A stretch of DNA of 64,000 nucleotides. Origin: Clostridiales bacterium. Lineage in GTDB: Bacteria > Bacillota > Clostridia > Christensenellales > DTU072. Below are positions 8,437 through 18,942 of the stretch, piece by piece (within the stretch, counting starts at the first letter, position 1; every line of letters begins with the position of its first letter). The translations under genes were made by a program, and so were the position numbers. Where the stretch lies: contig DUON01000010.1 in assembly GCA_012838805.1 (NCBI GenBank), positions 1,072 to 65,071 of the forward strand, written 5' to 3'. Below the pieces are notes generated by a model. The model saw only the letters and a list, made by a program, of their open reading frames with translations. It made no database searches and was not told the DNA's origin.

Positions 8437-10458
8437 CTATTTTATTTGATTGTCTTTTTCTTCAAACAAGTTTTTTAGGGTTTGATAGCCAAGCTTTTGA
8501 TTCATATCCTTGTCAAAAAGCCCTTTCATATTATAAAAAGGCACAAGGTTGGTATGGGTGTATTCGGGGCAAGGGAAGTCCTTGAACACCCATACCGCCA
8601 TACCGCTGAAGTTCGGGGAAAGCGATAGATTTTTCCATGTCTCTTTCAGATAATAGCTCTGATAGTCCTCGGAATGCTTATTTTTGGGAGGGTATCTCTC
8701 GTCCCTTAAACCGTACAGCGTGTCGCTTCCCGTCTCCGTAATGACCATAGGCTTGTCGGGATACCTTTTATAAAGACCTTTCGCCAAACCCCTTTTACCT
8801 TTTACCGAACCATAATACCAGCCATAATACTCATTTATACAAACCCAGTCCATAACCTTAAAGCTCCTTTCGCAAGGTTTTGTCAATAAAGGCATGGACA
8901 TGGAGGCATAATTCACTGCCCTGGACCTGTCATAGGACAACACCACATCCTTTAGCCATTTGCATACATATTCAGACGCCTTGTTTATCGACCAAAGCTC
9001 ATTGCCTATGCTCCAAGTGATTATTGAAGGATGATTGACATCCCTCTCAACCATTTTTATAAGCGACTGTGCCGCCTTTTTCAAAAGGGTTCTGTCAGCG
9101 ACAAGGGAAGTCTTTTTGATATTCTCAATAAACCTTAAAATATTAAGATTTATTTTCACATATCCAAATTCCTTGCCGAAGGTGTCATGGGTTATAGCAT
9201 GCCCCGCCTGATAAAACGGCACTTCTGCCCACACATAGAGCCCAAGATTATCGGCTATGTCAAGTGTGGATACGCTGTGCGGATAATGCGCAAGACGCGC
9301 AAAATTCCCTCTTGCTTTTTTTATAAGCTCCATTTCACGCTTGGCAGTCTTTATATCCGTGGCAAGCCCTTTTTCGCCGTTGTCCTCGTGGCGGCAAATT
9401 CCCTTTAAGAAAGTGTGTTCGCCGTTGATAAAGATTTTGCCGTCTGACCAAGAGATTTCCCTAAAGCCGAATTTGACATAGCTTTGCTCATAAGCCGATA
9501 TCATATTCATTTTGTATAGATACGGGGTTTTTTCCGACCAAGGCTTGATGTCTTTGCCAGCCTCTAATACAAATTCCCCTCCCGCCACCTTTGAGTCTTT
9601 TTCAAAATTAAAGCTTAATTTCTTTTCGCCGATTTTTTGTTCGCTGTCATCGCTTATAAAAAGAGAACATTCAAATTTAAGCCCGCTCTCTGCGTCGGGT
9701 CTTTCAAAAAGAAGTGCCGTTCTCACCTTCCATTCCTTATTCTCTAAGAATGGGATACAAGAAAGCTTAAATAGGGATACCTTACTCAGGTATTCGATAT
9801 ACACTTCTTTATGTATGCCGCTGTAATGATGCCAGCCGGGTCTGTGTCCCTCAAAAAGCTTTATGGGCAAGGTCTTGTCTGTGGTCTCATTGTTGACCTT
9901 GACCACTAACTTATGCTTTCCCTCTTCAAGATGACTGATATCAAAGCTGAAAGGCAAATAACCCTCACCGTTCTTTCCTATCAGTTTTCCGTCTATATAC
10001 ACTTCAGCTGTCAAAAAACAGCCCATAAAAGTAAGCCTAATGACGGGTTTGTTTTCTATTTTTTTAATTTCAAAATCCCTTTCGTACCATACATCTCCCC
10101 TATAATTTTCCAGATTTGTGCCCATTTTGTTATAGCAATAAGGCAACTTGACGATTTTATAACCGCTTCTTATGCCGTAGGGGGAGCATTTTTTGTTATG
10201 GATAGAAAATTTGTATCCGCTGTTCAATGGCTCTCTATGGCTGGTAAGGCTGTTTATTACGCCCTTATAGGGAAGACCCTTGTCCAATAGATATGGCACA
10301 CCGTTACATTCGGCTCTTATAAAGTCTTTGTCGTCTATTTGTGGAGGCTGGAACTCCTTATAAAGAACCGCCCTTGAAAACATCCATGCGATAAAAGCAA
10401 GTATGGCTAAAACAAAAGTCCCAAAAACAACCGCCGCAATAATAATGCCCGTTGTCAT
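8437..10458 (-). CDS. glycoside hydrolase family 2, beta-glucuronidase-like, with an N-terminal membrane anchor
   Basis: GH2 acid/base region WSIGNE and nucleophile region VITETG are present. YNMKGLF aligns with the N-x-K glucuronide-recognition motif. The first ~30 aa (IIIAAVVFGTFVLAILAFIAWMF) are hydrophobic. Confidence 0.8.
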   Translation of the reverse strand: MTTGIIIAAVVFGTFVLAILAFIAWMFSRAVLYKEFQPPQIDDKDFIRAECNGVPYLLDKGLPYKGVINSLTSHREPLNSGYKFSIHNKKCSPYGIRSGYKIVKLPYCYNKMGTNLENYRGDVWYERDFEIKKIENKPVIRLTFMGCFLTAEVYIDGKLIGKNGEGYLPFSFDISHLEEGKHKLVVKVNNETTDKTLPIKLFEGHRPGWHHYSGIHKEVYIEYLSKVSLFKLSCIPFLENKEWKVRTALLFERPDAESGLKFECSLFISDDSEQKIGEKKLSFNFEKDSKVAGGEFVLEAGKDIKPWSEKTPYLYKMNMISAYEQSYVKFGFREISWSDGKIFINGEHTFLKGICRHEDNGEKGLATDIKTAKREMELIKKARGNFARLAHYPHSVSTLDIADNLGLYVWAEVPFYQAGHAITHDTFGKEFGYVKINLNILRFIENIKKTSLVADRTLLKKAAQSLIKMVERDVNHPSIITWSIGNELWSINKASEYVCKWLKDVVLSYDRSRAVNYASMSMPLLTKPCERSFKVMDWVCINEYYGWYYGSVKGKRGLAKGLYKRYPDKPMVITETGSDTLYGLRDERYPPKNKHSEDYQSYYLKETWKNLSLSPNFSGMAVWVFKDFPCPEYTHTNLVPFYNMKGLFDKDMNQKLGYQTLKNLFEEKDNQIK

Positions 10459-10473
10459 TTTTACACCGCCTTT

Positions 10474-11301
10474 TTATACGCCCGAATACGCCAAAAATCC
10501 GCCGTCCACGGGAATGACCGCACCGGTGACAAACCCCGACATCTCGTCGTCGCAAAGGTATATCAATGTGCCCAAAAGGTCTTTTACTTCGCCCAATCTG
10601 TTGAGGGGAGTCTGCGATAATATCTTCTTTGTCCTTTGGGTAGGTGTGTTGTCGGAATTGAAAAGCAAGGCGTGGTTTTGGTTGGTGTCAAAAAATCCCG
10701 GTGTCATGGCGTTTACCCTAATATTGGAGGGCGCGAAATGCACCGCAAGCCACATGGTGAAGTTGGATATCGCCGCTTTCGCCGCGCTATAAGCCATAAC
10801 TTTGGTCATAGGGCTATAAGCACTCATGGACGATATGTTTAATATCGTTCCGCCTCTTGTCGCCATATCCTTGGCAAACACTTGAGTTGGTATAAATGTC
10901 CCCGTAAAGTTCAGCTGAAAAAGGTTGTTGATATTCTTAGGGTCCAAGTCAAAAAAGGTTGTGATATCTTTGTCATGCAAATGGGCGGTATCGAAGGTCT
11001 CATAGGTTGTGGTCGCCTTGGGGCTGTTTCCTCCCGCTCCGTTGATAAGTATGTCGCACATTCCCAAGTCCTTGTTTATCTTTTCTCTGACCGCCTCGAT
11101 ATTCGCCTTATCCAGCACATCCGCCTTATAATAAAAAGACACCCCGCCCTCTTTTCTTATGCTGTCACTGACCGCTTTTGCCGCTTCTATTCTCAAGTCC
11201 AAAACTGCGACTTTAGCGCCCTTTGAGGCAAGCTCTTTGGCGAACGCCGAACACAAAACCCCGCCGCCGCCTGTGATAACCGCTACTTTTCCTTTGATCA
11301 T
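10474..11301 (-). CDS. SDR family oxidoreductase, UxuB-like (fructuronate/D-mannonate oxidoreductase)
   Basis: Has TGGGGVLC cofactor motif and SDR architecture. It lies between uxuA and the GH2 gene, as in Firmicutes hexuronate operons. Confidence 0.7.
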   Translation of the reverse strand: MIKGKVAVITGGGGVLCSAFAKELASKGAKVAVLDLRIEAAKAVSDSIRKEGGVSFYYKADVLDKANIEAVREKINKDLGMCDILINGAGGNSPKATTTYETFDTAHLHDKDITTFFDLDPKNINNLFQLNFTGTFIPTQVFAKDMATRGGTILNISSMSAYSPMTKVMAYSAAKAAISNFTMWLAVHFAPSNIRVNAMTPGFFDTNQNHALLFNSDNTPTQRTKKILSQTPLNRLGEVKDLLGTLIYLCDDEMSGFVTGAVIPVDGGFLAYSGV

Positions 11302-12347
11302 TCTTTTCCTCCTTTTATTATCGCTTCCATTAAGCCATAAAGATACATCGCGCCCAAGGCTCTGTCATAAAGCCCATATCCCACTCTGTTGCCGCTTTCT
11401 GACCATATTTGCCTACCGTGGTCGGGTCTGATATAACAGTCAAAACCGTTGTCATAAAGGGTCTTTAATATCTTATACATATCCAAGCTGCCGCACTTTG
11501 AGGGGTGGGCGGTCTCCCTAAAGCTCTTTTCTCCCGTTATAAGCACATTGCGCATATGCACAAAATGTATCCTGCCCTTGGCTATCTCTATCATATCATA
11601 GAGGTTGTTTTTGTCCGTACTGCCAAAAGAGCCCACACAAAAGGTCACGCCGTTGTGTTCGCTCTCGTACAATGATAAAAACCGCCTCAAGTTGTCCTTA
11701 TTGCCGATTATTCTGGGAAGCCCATATATGCTCCACGGGGGGTCGTCGGGGTGTATAGCCATTTTGACGCCCGATTCTTCAGCCGCGGGAATTATCCTGT
11801 CCAAGAAGTATTTAAGGTTGTCAAAAAACCTGTCCTCGGTGAAGTCTTTATAGATATTTAACAGCTCTTTCATACGCTCTTTGCCTATGGTCTTGTCCCA
11901 AGCGGGGAGATTGAGGTCATCGGATAAATTCAATGGATTGAGCTTGTTGACAATATCATTATCATAAGCTAAAGAGATGGAGTCGTCCTCGTTTTTGCTG
12001 TGCAAATCACTTCTCATCCAGTCGAAGACTGGCATAAAATTGTAACAAATGACCTTGACTCCCGCCTTTCCCAGCCTTTTTATTGTCTTTGTATAGTTAT
12101 CGATATACCTATCCCTTGACGGTGCGCCAAGCTTGATGTCCTCATGGACGGGAACGCTTTCCACAACCTCGAACTCCAAGTTCTTGTCGTTTATTGTTTT
12201 CTTTAACCTCATGATGTCTTTTTCTTCCCACGCTTCGCCGGGGGGTGTGGAAAGAGCCGTCACTATGCCGTCTATGACGGGTATCTGCCTAATCTCGTCA
12301 AGGGTGACCTTGTCGTCTTCTCCAAACCACCTAAATGTCATTTTCAT
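11298..12347 (-). CDS. uxuA: mannonate dehydratase
   Basis: The N-terminus MKMTFRWFGEDDKVTLDEIRQIP is canonical for UxuA. There is a 4-bp overlap with the downstream SDR gene. Confidence 0.9.
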   Translation of the reverse strand: MKMTFRWFGEDDKVTLDEIRQIPVIDGIVTALSTPPGEAWEEKDIMRLKKTINDKNLEFEVVESVPVHEDIKLGAPSRDRYIDNYTKTIKRLGKAGVKVICYNFMPVFDWMRSDLHSKNEDDSISLAYDNDIVNKLNPLNLSDDLNLPAWDKTIGKERMKELLNIYKDFTEDRFFDNLKYFLDRIIPAAEESGVKMAIHPDDPPWSIYGLPRIIGNKDNLRRFLSLYESEHNGVTFCVGSFGSTDKNNLYDMIEIAKGRIHFVHMRNVLITGEKSFRETAHPSKCGSLDMYKILKTLYDNGFDCYIRPDHGRQIWSESGNRVGYGLYDRALGAMYLYGLMEAIIKGGKE

Positions 12348-12450
12348 TTAATTTACACCTCTTCTTGTTTTTTTAATATGCCCAAAAAGCCTTTCCTAAT
12401 AATGAATGGCTGTCAGTTGAGAAATGCCTTCTTCAAGCTTTTTTATTAGT

Positions 12451-13929
12451 TTATGCCAGCTCTTTAATTAGAGCTTTTCTTTCTTGTCTTTCTTCCTCAC
12501 TCAATTGGTCAAGTTTGTCTGCACGCTGACATTCCAAAAAGTATCTTATCCTTTCAAGCTTTTTGGAATTGACCTTATATCTAAAAGATGCAAACAAAGC
12601 AATAGATATCAAAAGGGATACCGTTCCGCCCATCATAACTCTTATCGCCAAAAGCACGCTGTCGGGCTGAATGGGTTTGGGCTGACCGTCTATTCCGGGA
12701 ATTTCTCCGCAAAGGGTGAGTACAAAGCCCACAATTGCAATAGCTATTCCCGAAGAAAGCTTCCTTGCGAATGTCATCATGCCGCTGAAGTTGCCTGTGG
12801 GGCGGTATCCCAATTTGAGTTCGGCGACATCTATGGTGTCGGGGAATATTATCCAAGGCATCATTTGCGTTCCGCCCAGACCTATACCCATAATCATAGC
12901 TCCAATCGGCACTACCCAGCCTGGGAAAGATGAGGGTACCACCGCAAGAAAAAGCGCTCCTATTATATAAAAGGGTATGCCCGCCCTAAAGGCGAACTGC
13001 TTGCCCTTTTTCCTGGTTATCAAATAAATGAAAGGTACCATTAGCCCTGCCGTAACCATAAGTGGAGCTATCACATAGAGCATGCTCATAGGACGACCGA
13101 AAATGGTCATATCCCTCAGAACATCAGAGGAATAGTACACCGCCAAAGCGGATACGATATCAATACAGATATATGCGGATATGTACATAACCAAAAGCCA
13201 CATATAACTCTTGACCAAAAATGGCTCTTTATATGACTTGAAGCTGAACTTTGTCTTATGGTCCAAATTCACATAGTTTCTTTCCTTGGTATAAATGCTT
13301 GCTAAAATAAGTGGAACAGAGAAGAATATGCCAAATGCGAATGTAATAATCAAAAAGAAAACAGTGGCGGAGATTTTGCCGTCCAAGTGCATTTCAAAGA
13401 TAAGGCTGGGTATCAGATAGCAAATACCCGAACTTATCATGGAAAAGACAAGTCTTAAGGAATTCGCCTTTGTCCTTTCCTCATGGTCGGGAGAGATGTC
13501 CGAAGACAATGAACTGTAAGGCACTTGAATTATTGTGGTGACGGTGCAAAAGACCAAATAAGCAGCTGTGGCGCTTGTGATTTTCAGCCAATAAGGAGCG
13601 GACGCTATCGGTGCAAATAGAAAGGCCAAAGAGGGTATAACCAACAATCCGCCAAAAAACATATATGGTCTTCTTCTGCCCCATTGGGTCCTTGTGTTGT
13701 CGCTTATTGCCCCCATAAGAGGGTCGGACACAGCATCCCAAATTTTGCTTATCATAATGATTGTTGAAGCAATGCCCGCTTCGATTCCCAGACTTTTATT
13801 CAAAAAAGCAAGCAGAAGCAATCCTATCATAGTGCCGCTTCCGCCGCCGAAAAAGTCAGCCATAGCGAATAAAAACTTTTCTTTGGATGGAATTCTGTCA
13901 CATTCCAAGGTCACTTTGGGTTTTGTCAT
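12451..13929 (-). CDS. glycoside-pentoside-hexuronide (GPH):cation symporter, probable glucuronide transporter
   Basis: 492 aa with about 12 TM segments. The motif DPLMGAISDNTRTQWGRRRPY is typical of the GPH/MFS-2 family. It is the first gene of the hexuronate operon. Confidence 0.85.
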   Translation of the reverse strand: MTKPKVTLECDRIPSKEKFLFAMADFFGGGSGTMIGLLLLAFLNKSLGIEAGIASTIIMISKIWDAVSDPLMGAISDNTRTQWGRRRPYMFFGGLLVIPSLAFLFAPIASAPYWLKITSATAAYLVFCTVTTIIQVPYSSLSSDISPDHEERTKANSLRLVFSMISSGICYLIPSLIFEMHLDGKISATVFFLIITFAFGIFFSVPLILASIYTKERNYVNLDHKTKFSFKSYKEPFLVKSYMWLLVMYISAYICIDIVSALAVYYSSDVLRDMTIFGRPMSMLYVIAPLMVTAGLMVPFIYLITRKKGKQFAFRAGIPFYIIGALFLAVVPSSFPGWVVPIGAMIMGIGLGGTQMMPWIIFPDTIDVAELKLGYRPTGNFSGMMTFARKLSSGIAIAIVGFVLTLCGEIPGIDGQPKPIQPDSVLLAIRVMMGGTVSLLISIALFASFRYKVNSKKLERIRYFLECQRADKLDQLSEEERQERKALIKELA

Positions 13930-14032
13930 ATGCAGTACCGCCTTTAGATATGAACTTATTATAACATAAAATTGACACGCACTTAATAGATAATTTTATA
14001 TAATCTATGAACAATACCTTTTTGGCTTGATA

Positions 14033-14065
14033 ATTAAAAAAGCCTGACCAAAAAAAGTCGGGCTT
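14033..14065 (-). terminator. rho-independent terminator after the C69 peptidase gene
   Basis: On the minus strand: AAGCCCGAC-TTTTTTT-GGTCAGGCTT followed by TTTTT. Confidence 0.6.
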
Positions 14066-14087
14066 AGACAGAATTTTTTATCAGATT

Positions 14088-15371
14088 TTATGAATATAAT
14101 ACTTTTGTCTTTTTCGTCCAGTATCTTCGATATGAAAGCTTGCCTTTTTGAAAGTCAAAATCCTTGTCTTCCAGAGGTTTTAAGTATTTTTCCCTAAGTT
14201 CGGTTGCCTTTTCCCATATCTCGTCTATTATCTTAAGCTTTTGCTCGTTATTTGCTTTTTCGAATTTTTCAAGATAGCTCTCTTCCAGCTCTTGTATGTC
14301 CTTAAGGTACGCCTGTTTATCGATTTGACCCGCAATAAGAAACCGCTTCAAGCGTTCTTCCCTAAGCCAGATTTCTTTCGCCTTGTCCTCGTCTTCGTGT
14401 GGTATGGGCATTTTGTCGCTTAAGATAAGGGGCTTGAACACGCTCATACAAGGCATGGACGACAAAGTAACATAATAATATTCGTCGTTTAAGCCCAAGC
14501 TTGCCACATAGCTTCCTGTGGTATGGTCGCCAATCAGCCCTCCTGCGTGCATGCACACAGAGCCTACGCTGTTGGTGTCTTCCTTGTAGTCGGGGGCGTG
14601 CGTCCTCAATACATCCATCATGGTTTTTATGGTGATGTTCTTTTTGTTCTTGTTCAAAATCTCGGTCGCAAGGCATCTTCTTTGTTTACTCTTTGCGAAA
14701 AAAGTATAAAGCTTGTCTGAAAAACACTTGGCAAAATCAAATTCTTCCATCATGTTTATTCTCTTTTTCTTTATGGCGTAAGATATGGCTTCGGGATGAA
14801 TGATATCATAGTCGCTCCCTATGGAAAGCCCGTTAGATATCGCATATATATCCTTGACCTTTTTTACGGCATAAAATTTGCCCGCCGTTTCAAGGACATA
14901 CGCCTCTTTTCTGTCGGCTATTAAGAAAGAGTTGTGATAGTGAAATTCATGGTCATATCCACAGTTTCCGCCCTGTCCGTATTCCTGCAGCAGCCAAATA
15001 ATGTATTCCATAGCCTCAAACGCCGTTTTGCACCTTTCCAAGGCAAGCCTCACCATGTCCATTCCGATAAGGCTGGGCTTTCCCCTTTTCTCCTTTGTGA
15101 ATACGGCTTCGTTCCCGATATTCAGCCCGAACTGATTAAAGCCCATTTCCGCGCCCCATATCCAGCTGGGTTTCATAAGCGTCACCTCATAAGTGTGTTC
15201 GGCTTGAGGCATCGTTATATAAGTCAATTTGACTTCAGAGCCCTTTTTATAGTCTTTTGCAGGGAATCTGACGGTCAATAAGGGCTCGTTCGCCGCTCTG
15301 TCCGAATTTTTGGCAAATAAAAGTCTCCCATCCTTAGTGGAATTGGGAAGGGCAACGATTGTGTCACACAT
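14088..15371 (-). CDS. C69 family (secernin-like) Ntn-hydrolase dipeptidase
   Basis: The N-terminus MCDTIVALPNSTKDGRLLFAKNSDR has a Cys2 nucleophile, typical of peptidase C69. Confidence 0.8.
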   Translation of the reverse strand: MCDTIVALPNSTKDGRLLFAKNSDRAANEPLLTVRFPAKDYKKGSEVKLTYITMPQAEHTYEVTLMKPSWIWGAEMGFNQFGLNIGNEAVFTKEKRGKPSLIGMDMVRLALERCKTAFEAMEYIIWLLQEYGQGGNCGYDHEFHYHNSFLIADRKEAYVLETAGKFYAVKKVKDIYAISNGLSIGSDYDIIHPEAISYAIKKKRINMMEEFDFAKCFSDKLYTFFAKSKQRRCLATEILNKNKKNITIKTMMDVLRTHAPDYKEDTNSVGSVCMHAGGLIGDHTTGSYVASLGLNDEYYYVTLSSMPCMSVFKPLILSDKMPIPHEDEDKAKEIWLREERLKRFLIAGQIDKQAYLKDIQELEESYLEKFEKANNEQKLKIIDEIWEKATELREKYLKPLEDKDFDFQKGKLSYRRYWTKKTKVLYS

Positions 15372-15391
15372 TTTTTCACCTCGCTATTTTT

Positions 15392-16093
15392 TTAGTCAAT
15401 ATTATAAATAAAATCGTCTTGGGTCACTTGATAATTTCTGTCGCCGTTGGTAGCGAAACTTGAGGCGGGGTCGCTCTTATAGATGCTGGAGAAGATGTTC
15501 GTCTCATTTTCAAAAATCGCCATTCTGCCCTCATCCCCTTGAATGACAAGCTGTAAGATGTCATAGCTTCCGTCATAGTTGTTCTTTGTGAACTGCATGG
15601 CGTATTTGACAATGGTCTCACCGTCGGATTCATGCTCAATCACGCTCTTTTCAAGAATAAACTCTAATAAACCGTTCTCCTCAATGGTCATATAAGAGCT
15701 TTTCTCGACGGTTTTTATGGTCACATCTTTTTGCGGGCTTGAGGAAGTGTCTGTTATGGAGTATCTCTCGTCATCCAGCTTGGTGACCATAATAGACCTA
15801 TCTTCATCGCTCTCATAGTCGTATGTGCCCAAAACCAAATAATAAATCGCCTCTTTGCCTTCGGCTTGCTTAAACATATCCATGTCCGCTTCAAAGCTTT
15901 CCTTTACACTCTGGTCAAGCCCCTTATCTTGGATAAGTGACAATGCCCTTTGTGAAAAAGCTGTTTTTGCCTCTCCAAAGTCTTTATTTGTGGCGGAGAA
16001 GTTTTCCATAACCTCAGGATTGGTGAGTTCACAGCCGCTAAGGCAAATAACCGCTATTATTATTACGGCGAATGCTATCCATATTTTTTTCAT
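15392..16093 (-). CDS. lipoprotein of unknown function
   Basis: Signal peptide plus lipobox (…VICLSGC). I recognise no family. Confidence 0.65.
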   Translation of the reverse strand: MKKIWIAFAVIIIAVICLSGCELTNPEVMENFSATNKDFGEAKTAFSQRALSLIQDKGLDQSVKESFEADMDMFKQAEGKEAIYYLVLGTYDYESDEDRSIMVTKLDDERYSITDTSSSPQKDVTIKTVEKSSYMTIEENGLLEFILEKSVIEHESDGETIVKYAMQFTKNNYDGSYDILQLVIQGDEGRMAIFENETNIFSSIYKSDPASSFATNGDRNYQVTQDDFIYNID

Positions 16094-16183
16094 ATCTCCC
16101 TCATGATATTGTTGTTTTATTAAGCTTTTTTAACAATATCTCATTAATTAAATGATAGCATAAGCCATAAGCTTATTCAATAT

Positions 16184-17581
16184 TTATTTTGTCAATATCT
16201 TCTCTTGAAGCATGAGAATAGGGTTGTCTTTTAGGATTTTATTGTAGCGGTCGACCACAATAAACATATGAACAAGCATCGCCACAAAAGGCAGGGGCAC
16301 AAAGTATCCCACATTGACCATAGAATATCCCGCAAAACCAGCAAGCGACAAAAGTGTAAAAAGATTAAAGCGGCTTCTAACTTTCAATAGGGTGACTATC
16401 CTCACAATCTCTTGATAGGTATATGCGATAAGCCCCACTATGCCAAGACTGCCTAAGATTTGAAAAATTGTGGAATGATACCAATACATGCACCATGCCT
16501 CGGGGCGGTAGTACTTGCCCCCGTCATAGGCAAGCCCTTTGCCGAAAATCGGATATTCCAAAAAGTTCTTCCATGCAAGCTTATAGAGGTTTATTCTTGC
16601 CTCGCCTTCCCTTATCTCCACCGAAGTGGTTATTTTCTCCCAAATAGAATCTGAAAGGGAATTTAGAGCCAAATATATAAGCCCTGCCACAATAGCCAAG
16701 ATGACAAGAAAGTTCACTCTGTCTTTTTTCGCGATAATAAAAGTAGCCACCAAAGCGATAGGAAAGACCATTGTGCCAAAGAGGATGCCGCCTCTTGAAA
16801 AAGACAAAAGCAGCGCAATATACTGTAAAAGCCCGACAATAAAATAAAAAAGTGAATTTTTGCCTTTTGTGGCAAGATAAAAGGCAAACGGCATGCTCAG
16901 CAATAGGTTGTTGGAAAGGTTGTTTTTCCACTGCATCATGCTTCTAAAATATGAAAACCTGATTTCGATAAGCTCGCTGTTTTTGATGTAGTGCATTGTT
17001 ATCATGGCTATGCCCATAACCCCTATGCCCACCATCATCTTTGCAAAATATTCGGCTATCTTGGCTTTGTCGTACGGTGTATCCGATTGAATGACCATAT
17101 AAATAAGCAGCATCCCAAATCCGAGCCCGAATATATAATACATGGCGGGCATGGAAAAGTACTCCTTGGGGGTGGTGTAGAAAAGCCCTCCCAAAGTTAC
17201 CGCAACAGCAACCGCCAAAGTGGTGAAAAAGAACTTGTTGACTTTGAAGGTCGGGGGATGAAGTATCATATGGATAATAAAACAGGGAATCAAGACATAG
17301 CCCAAATAATATACTGGGCCAAAGTAACCAGCTTCGCCATGCCTTGCAAGAGGCGTCATCCCTATCATCGCCAGCGCCAAAAAACTGGGCATAATGTCTT
17401 TTGAGAGTATCCAATTTATTCCCGCTATGATACCTATGGCGTATATCGCATGGATTTCTAATTTATAAATAAATCCGATTATGCCGATTATTGTAATAAG
17501 CGCTATATAAATTTCGGAATAAAAAAATTTGTCGGCGACTGTCGCCACTTTGACAAATTTTTTTCTAATAGCCTTTATCAT
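16184..17581 (-). CDS. O-antigen ligase/polymerase (Wzy_C) family membrane protein
   Basis: 465-aa polytopic membrane protein with the characteristic LLSFSRGG loop motif. Confidence 0.7.
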   Translation of the reverse strand: MIKAIRKKFVKVATVADKFFYSEIYIALITIIGIIGFIYKLEIHAIYAIGIIAGINWILSKDIMPSFLALAMIGMTPLARHGEAGYFGPVYYLGYVLIPCFIIHMILHPPTFKVNKFFFTTLAVAVAVTLGGLFYTTPKEYFSMPAMYYIFGLGFGMLLIYMVIQSDTPYDKAKIAEYFAKMMVGIGVMGIAMITMHYIKNSELIEIRFSYFRSMMQWKNNLSNNLLLSMPFAFYLATKGKNSLFYFIVGLLQYIALLLSFSRGGILFGTMVFPIALVATFIIAKKDRVNFLVILAIVAGLIYLALNSLSDSIWEKITTSVEIREGEARINLYKLAWKNFLEYPIFGKGLAYDGGKYYRPEAWCMYWYHSTIFQILGSLGIVGLIAYTYQEIVRIVTLLKVRSRFNLFTLLSLAGFAGYSMVNVGYFVPLPFVAMLVHMFIVVDRYNKILKDNPILMLQEKILTK

Positions 17582-17652
17582 CTATTCTCCCAACGAATTT
17601 CTTATCTTTTAATAATATCACCTTAAATATATAATGTCAAAAAAAAATTGAT

Positions 17653-17814
17653 TTAGGCTATTTGTTTGACTTCTACTTCAAAGATTTCTCCCCCTTGTAT
17701 TTTTACCGAAAAACAAAAAGCGTCATTTTCTTTTTGTTCCTCGATGCTCTCGACTTCCTCTATGTTCATAAAAATCGCTTCACTTAGTTTATCACAAAAT
17801 TCTTGGTATTTCAT
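17653..17814 (-). CDS. small hypothetical protein (53 aa), below the ORF-track cutoff
   Basis: Translated by hand as MKYQEFCDKLSEAIFMNIEEVESIEEQKENDAFCFSVKIQGGEIFEVEVKQIA. AAGGAG lies about 11 nt upstream of the ATG. Confidence 0.35.
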   Translation of the reverse strand: MKYQEFCDKLSEAIFMNIEEVESIEEQKENDAFCFSVKIQGGEIFEVEVKQIA

Positions 17815-18144
17815 TTGTACTTCTGCTCCTTATATAATAGTTCTTATATTATAATGTATCAATGTCGTAAAAGCAATAAACTGGGGCTTTTATTATGTCA
17901 ATAAAGGTAATAAATTGTCGAAAAATGTCTAAAAAGAAAAAGAAATAATACGGGAAAAAGATTTTTCTTGTTTTATGGAAAAATTCATCCCATGACCTAT
18001 ATGTTGCCGTTTTGTGGCACTATTAATTAATCTTTTTTATCGCCAAATCTTAAGTCTAAGGCATCCTCTTTTGCCGCATCCAATTAACCGACAGGGTCAA
18101 GATTTTTTCTTGGGCAAGTAAAGATTTCTTTTGTAGAGCTTTTT

Positions 18145-18942
18145 TTATCTTAACAGCAAAAGACTTACTGCCATAACCGCCATTCCCCCAAGCATTCCGT
18201 AAATAGCAAGATGGTGTTTACCGTATTCCCTTGCCGCCGGCAATAGTTCGTCCAAGGCTATGAATACCATTATTCCCCCTACCGCGGCGAAGATTATTCC
18301 AAACAGCGTGTCGTTGATAAAAGGCATAAGTATAAGGTATCCTATCATAGCGCCCAAGGGCTCGGCAAGCCCAGAAAGAAAGGAATACAGTAGTGCCTTT
18401 TTTCGACTGCCCGTGCCGTAATAAACGGGAATGGAAACGGCTATTCCCTCGGGGATATTGTGTATGGCGATAGCCACCGCTATGGGAATGGCAAGCGCTG
18501 CATCGTGCATAGCCGCCATAAAAGTCGCCAAACCTTCGGGGAAGTTATGGATAGACACCGCCAGCGCTGTCATTAATCCCGTCCTCATAAGTTTCTTATT
18601 TAGCGGTTTTCTCTCTTGCATATCCTCGACTTTTTGCACCTCGTGTGGGTTGATGTCTTCGGGTATGAATTTATCTATGACCGCCACCAAGATTATGCCT
18701 CCAAAAAAGCTGGCTACGGTTATCCAAGTTCCCAGTTTCTCTCCAAGACCGGCGACCAAAGCTGCCTCCGCCTTGAAAAATATTTCAATAAACGATACAT
18801 ATATCATAACCCCAGCAGCGAATCCCAAGCTAACCGAAAGGAAATTCTTGTTTGTTTTTTTGGTTAAGAACGCCATTAAGCTTCCTATTCCCGTGCTTAA
18901 TCCTGCAAACAAAGTCAGTAAAAAAGCATAAAGAACGCTCAT
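18145..18942 (-). CDS. zupT: ZIP family zinc transporter
   Basis: 265 aa with the IHNFPEGLA and IHNIPEGIA repeats typical of ZupT. A strong SD (AGGAGG) precedes the start. Confidence 0.9.
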   Translation of the reverse strand: MSVLYAFLLTLFAGLSTGIGSLMAFLTKKTNKNFLSVSLGFAAGVMIYVSFIEIFFKAEAALVAGLGEKLGTWITVASFFGGIILVAVIDKFIPEDINPHEVQKVEDMQERKPLNKKLMRTGLMTALAVSIHNFPEGLATFMAAMHDAALAIPIAVAIAIHNIPEGIAVSIPVYYGTGSRKKALLYSFLSGLAEPLGAMIGYLILMPFINDTLFGIIFAAVGGIMVFIALDELLPAAREYGKHHLAIYGMLGGMAVMAVSLLLLR

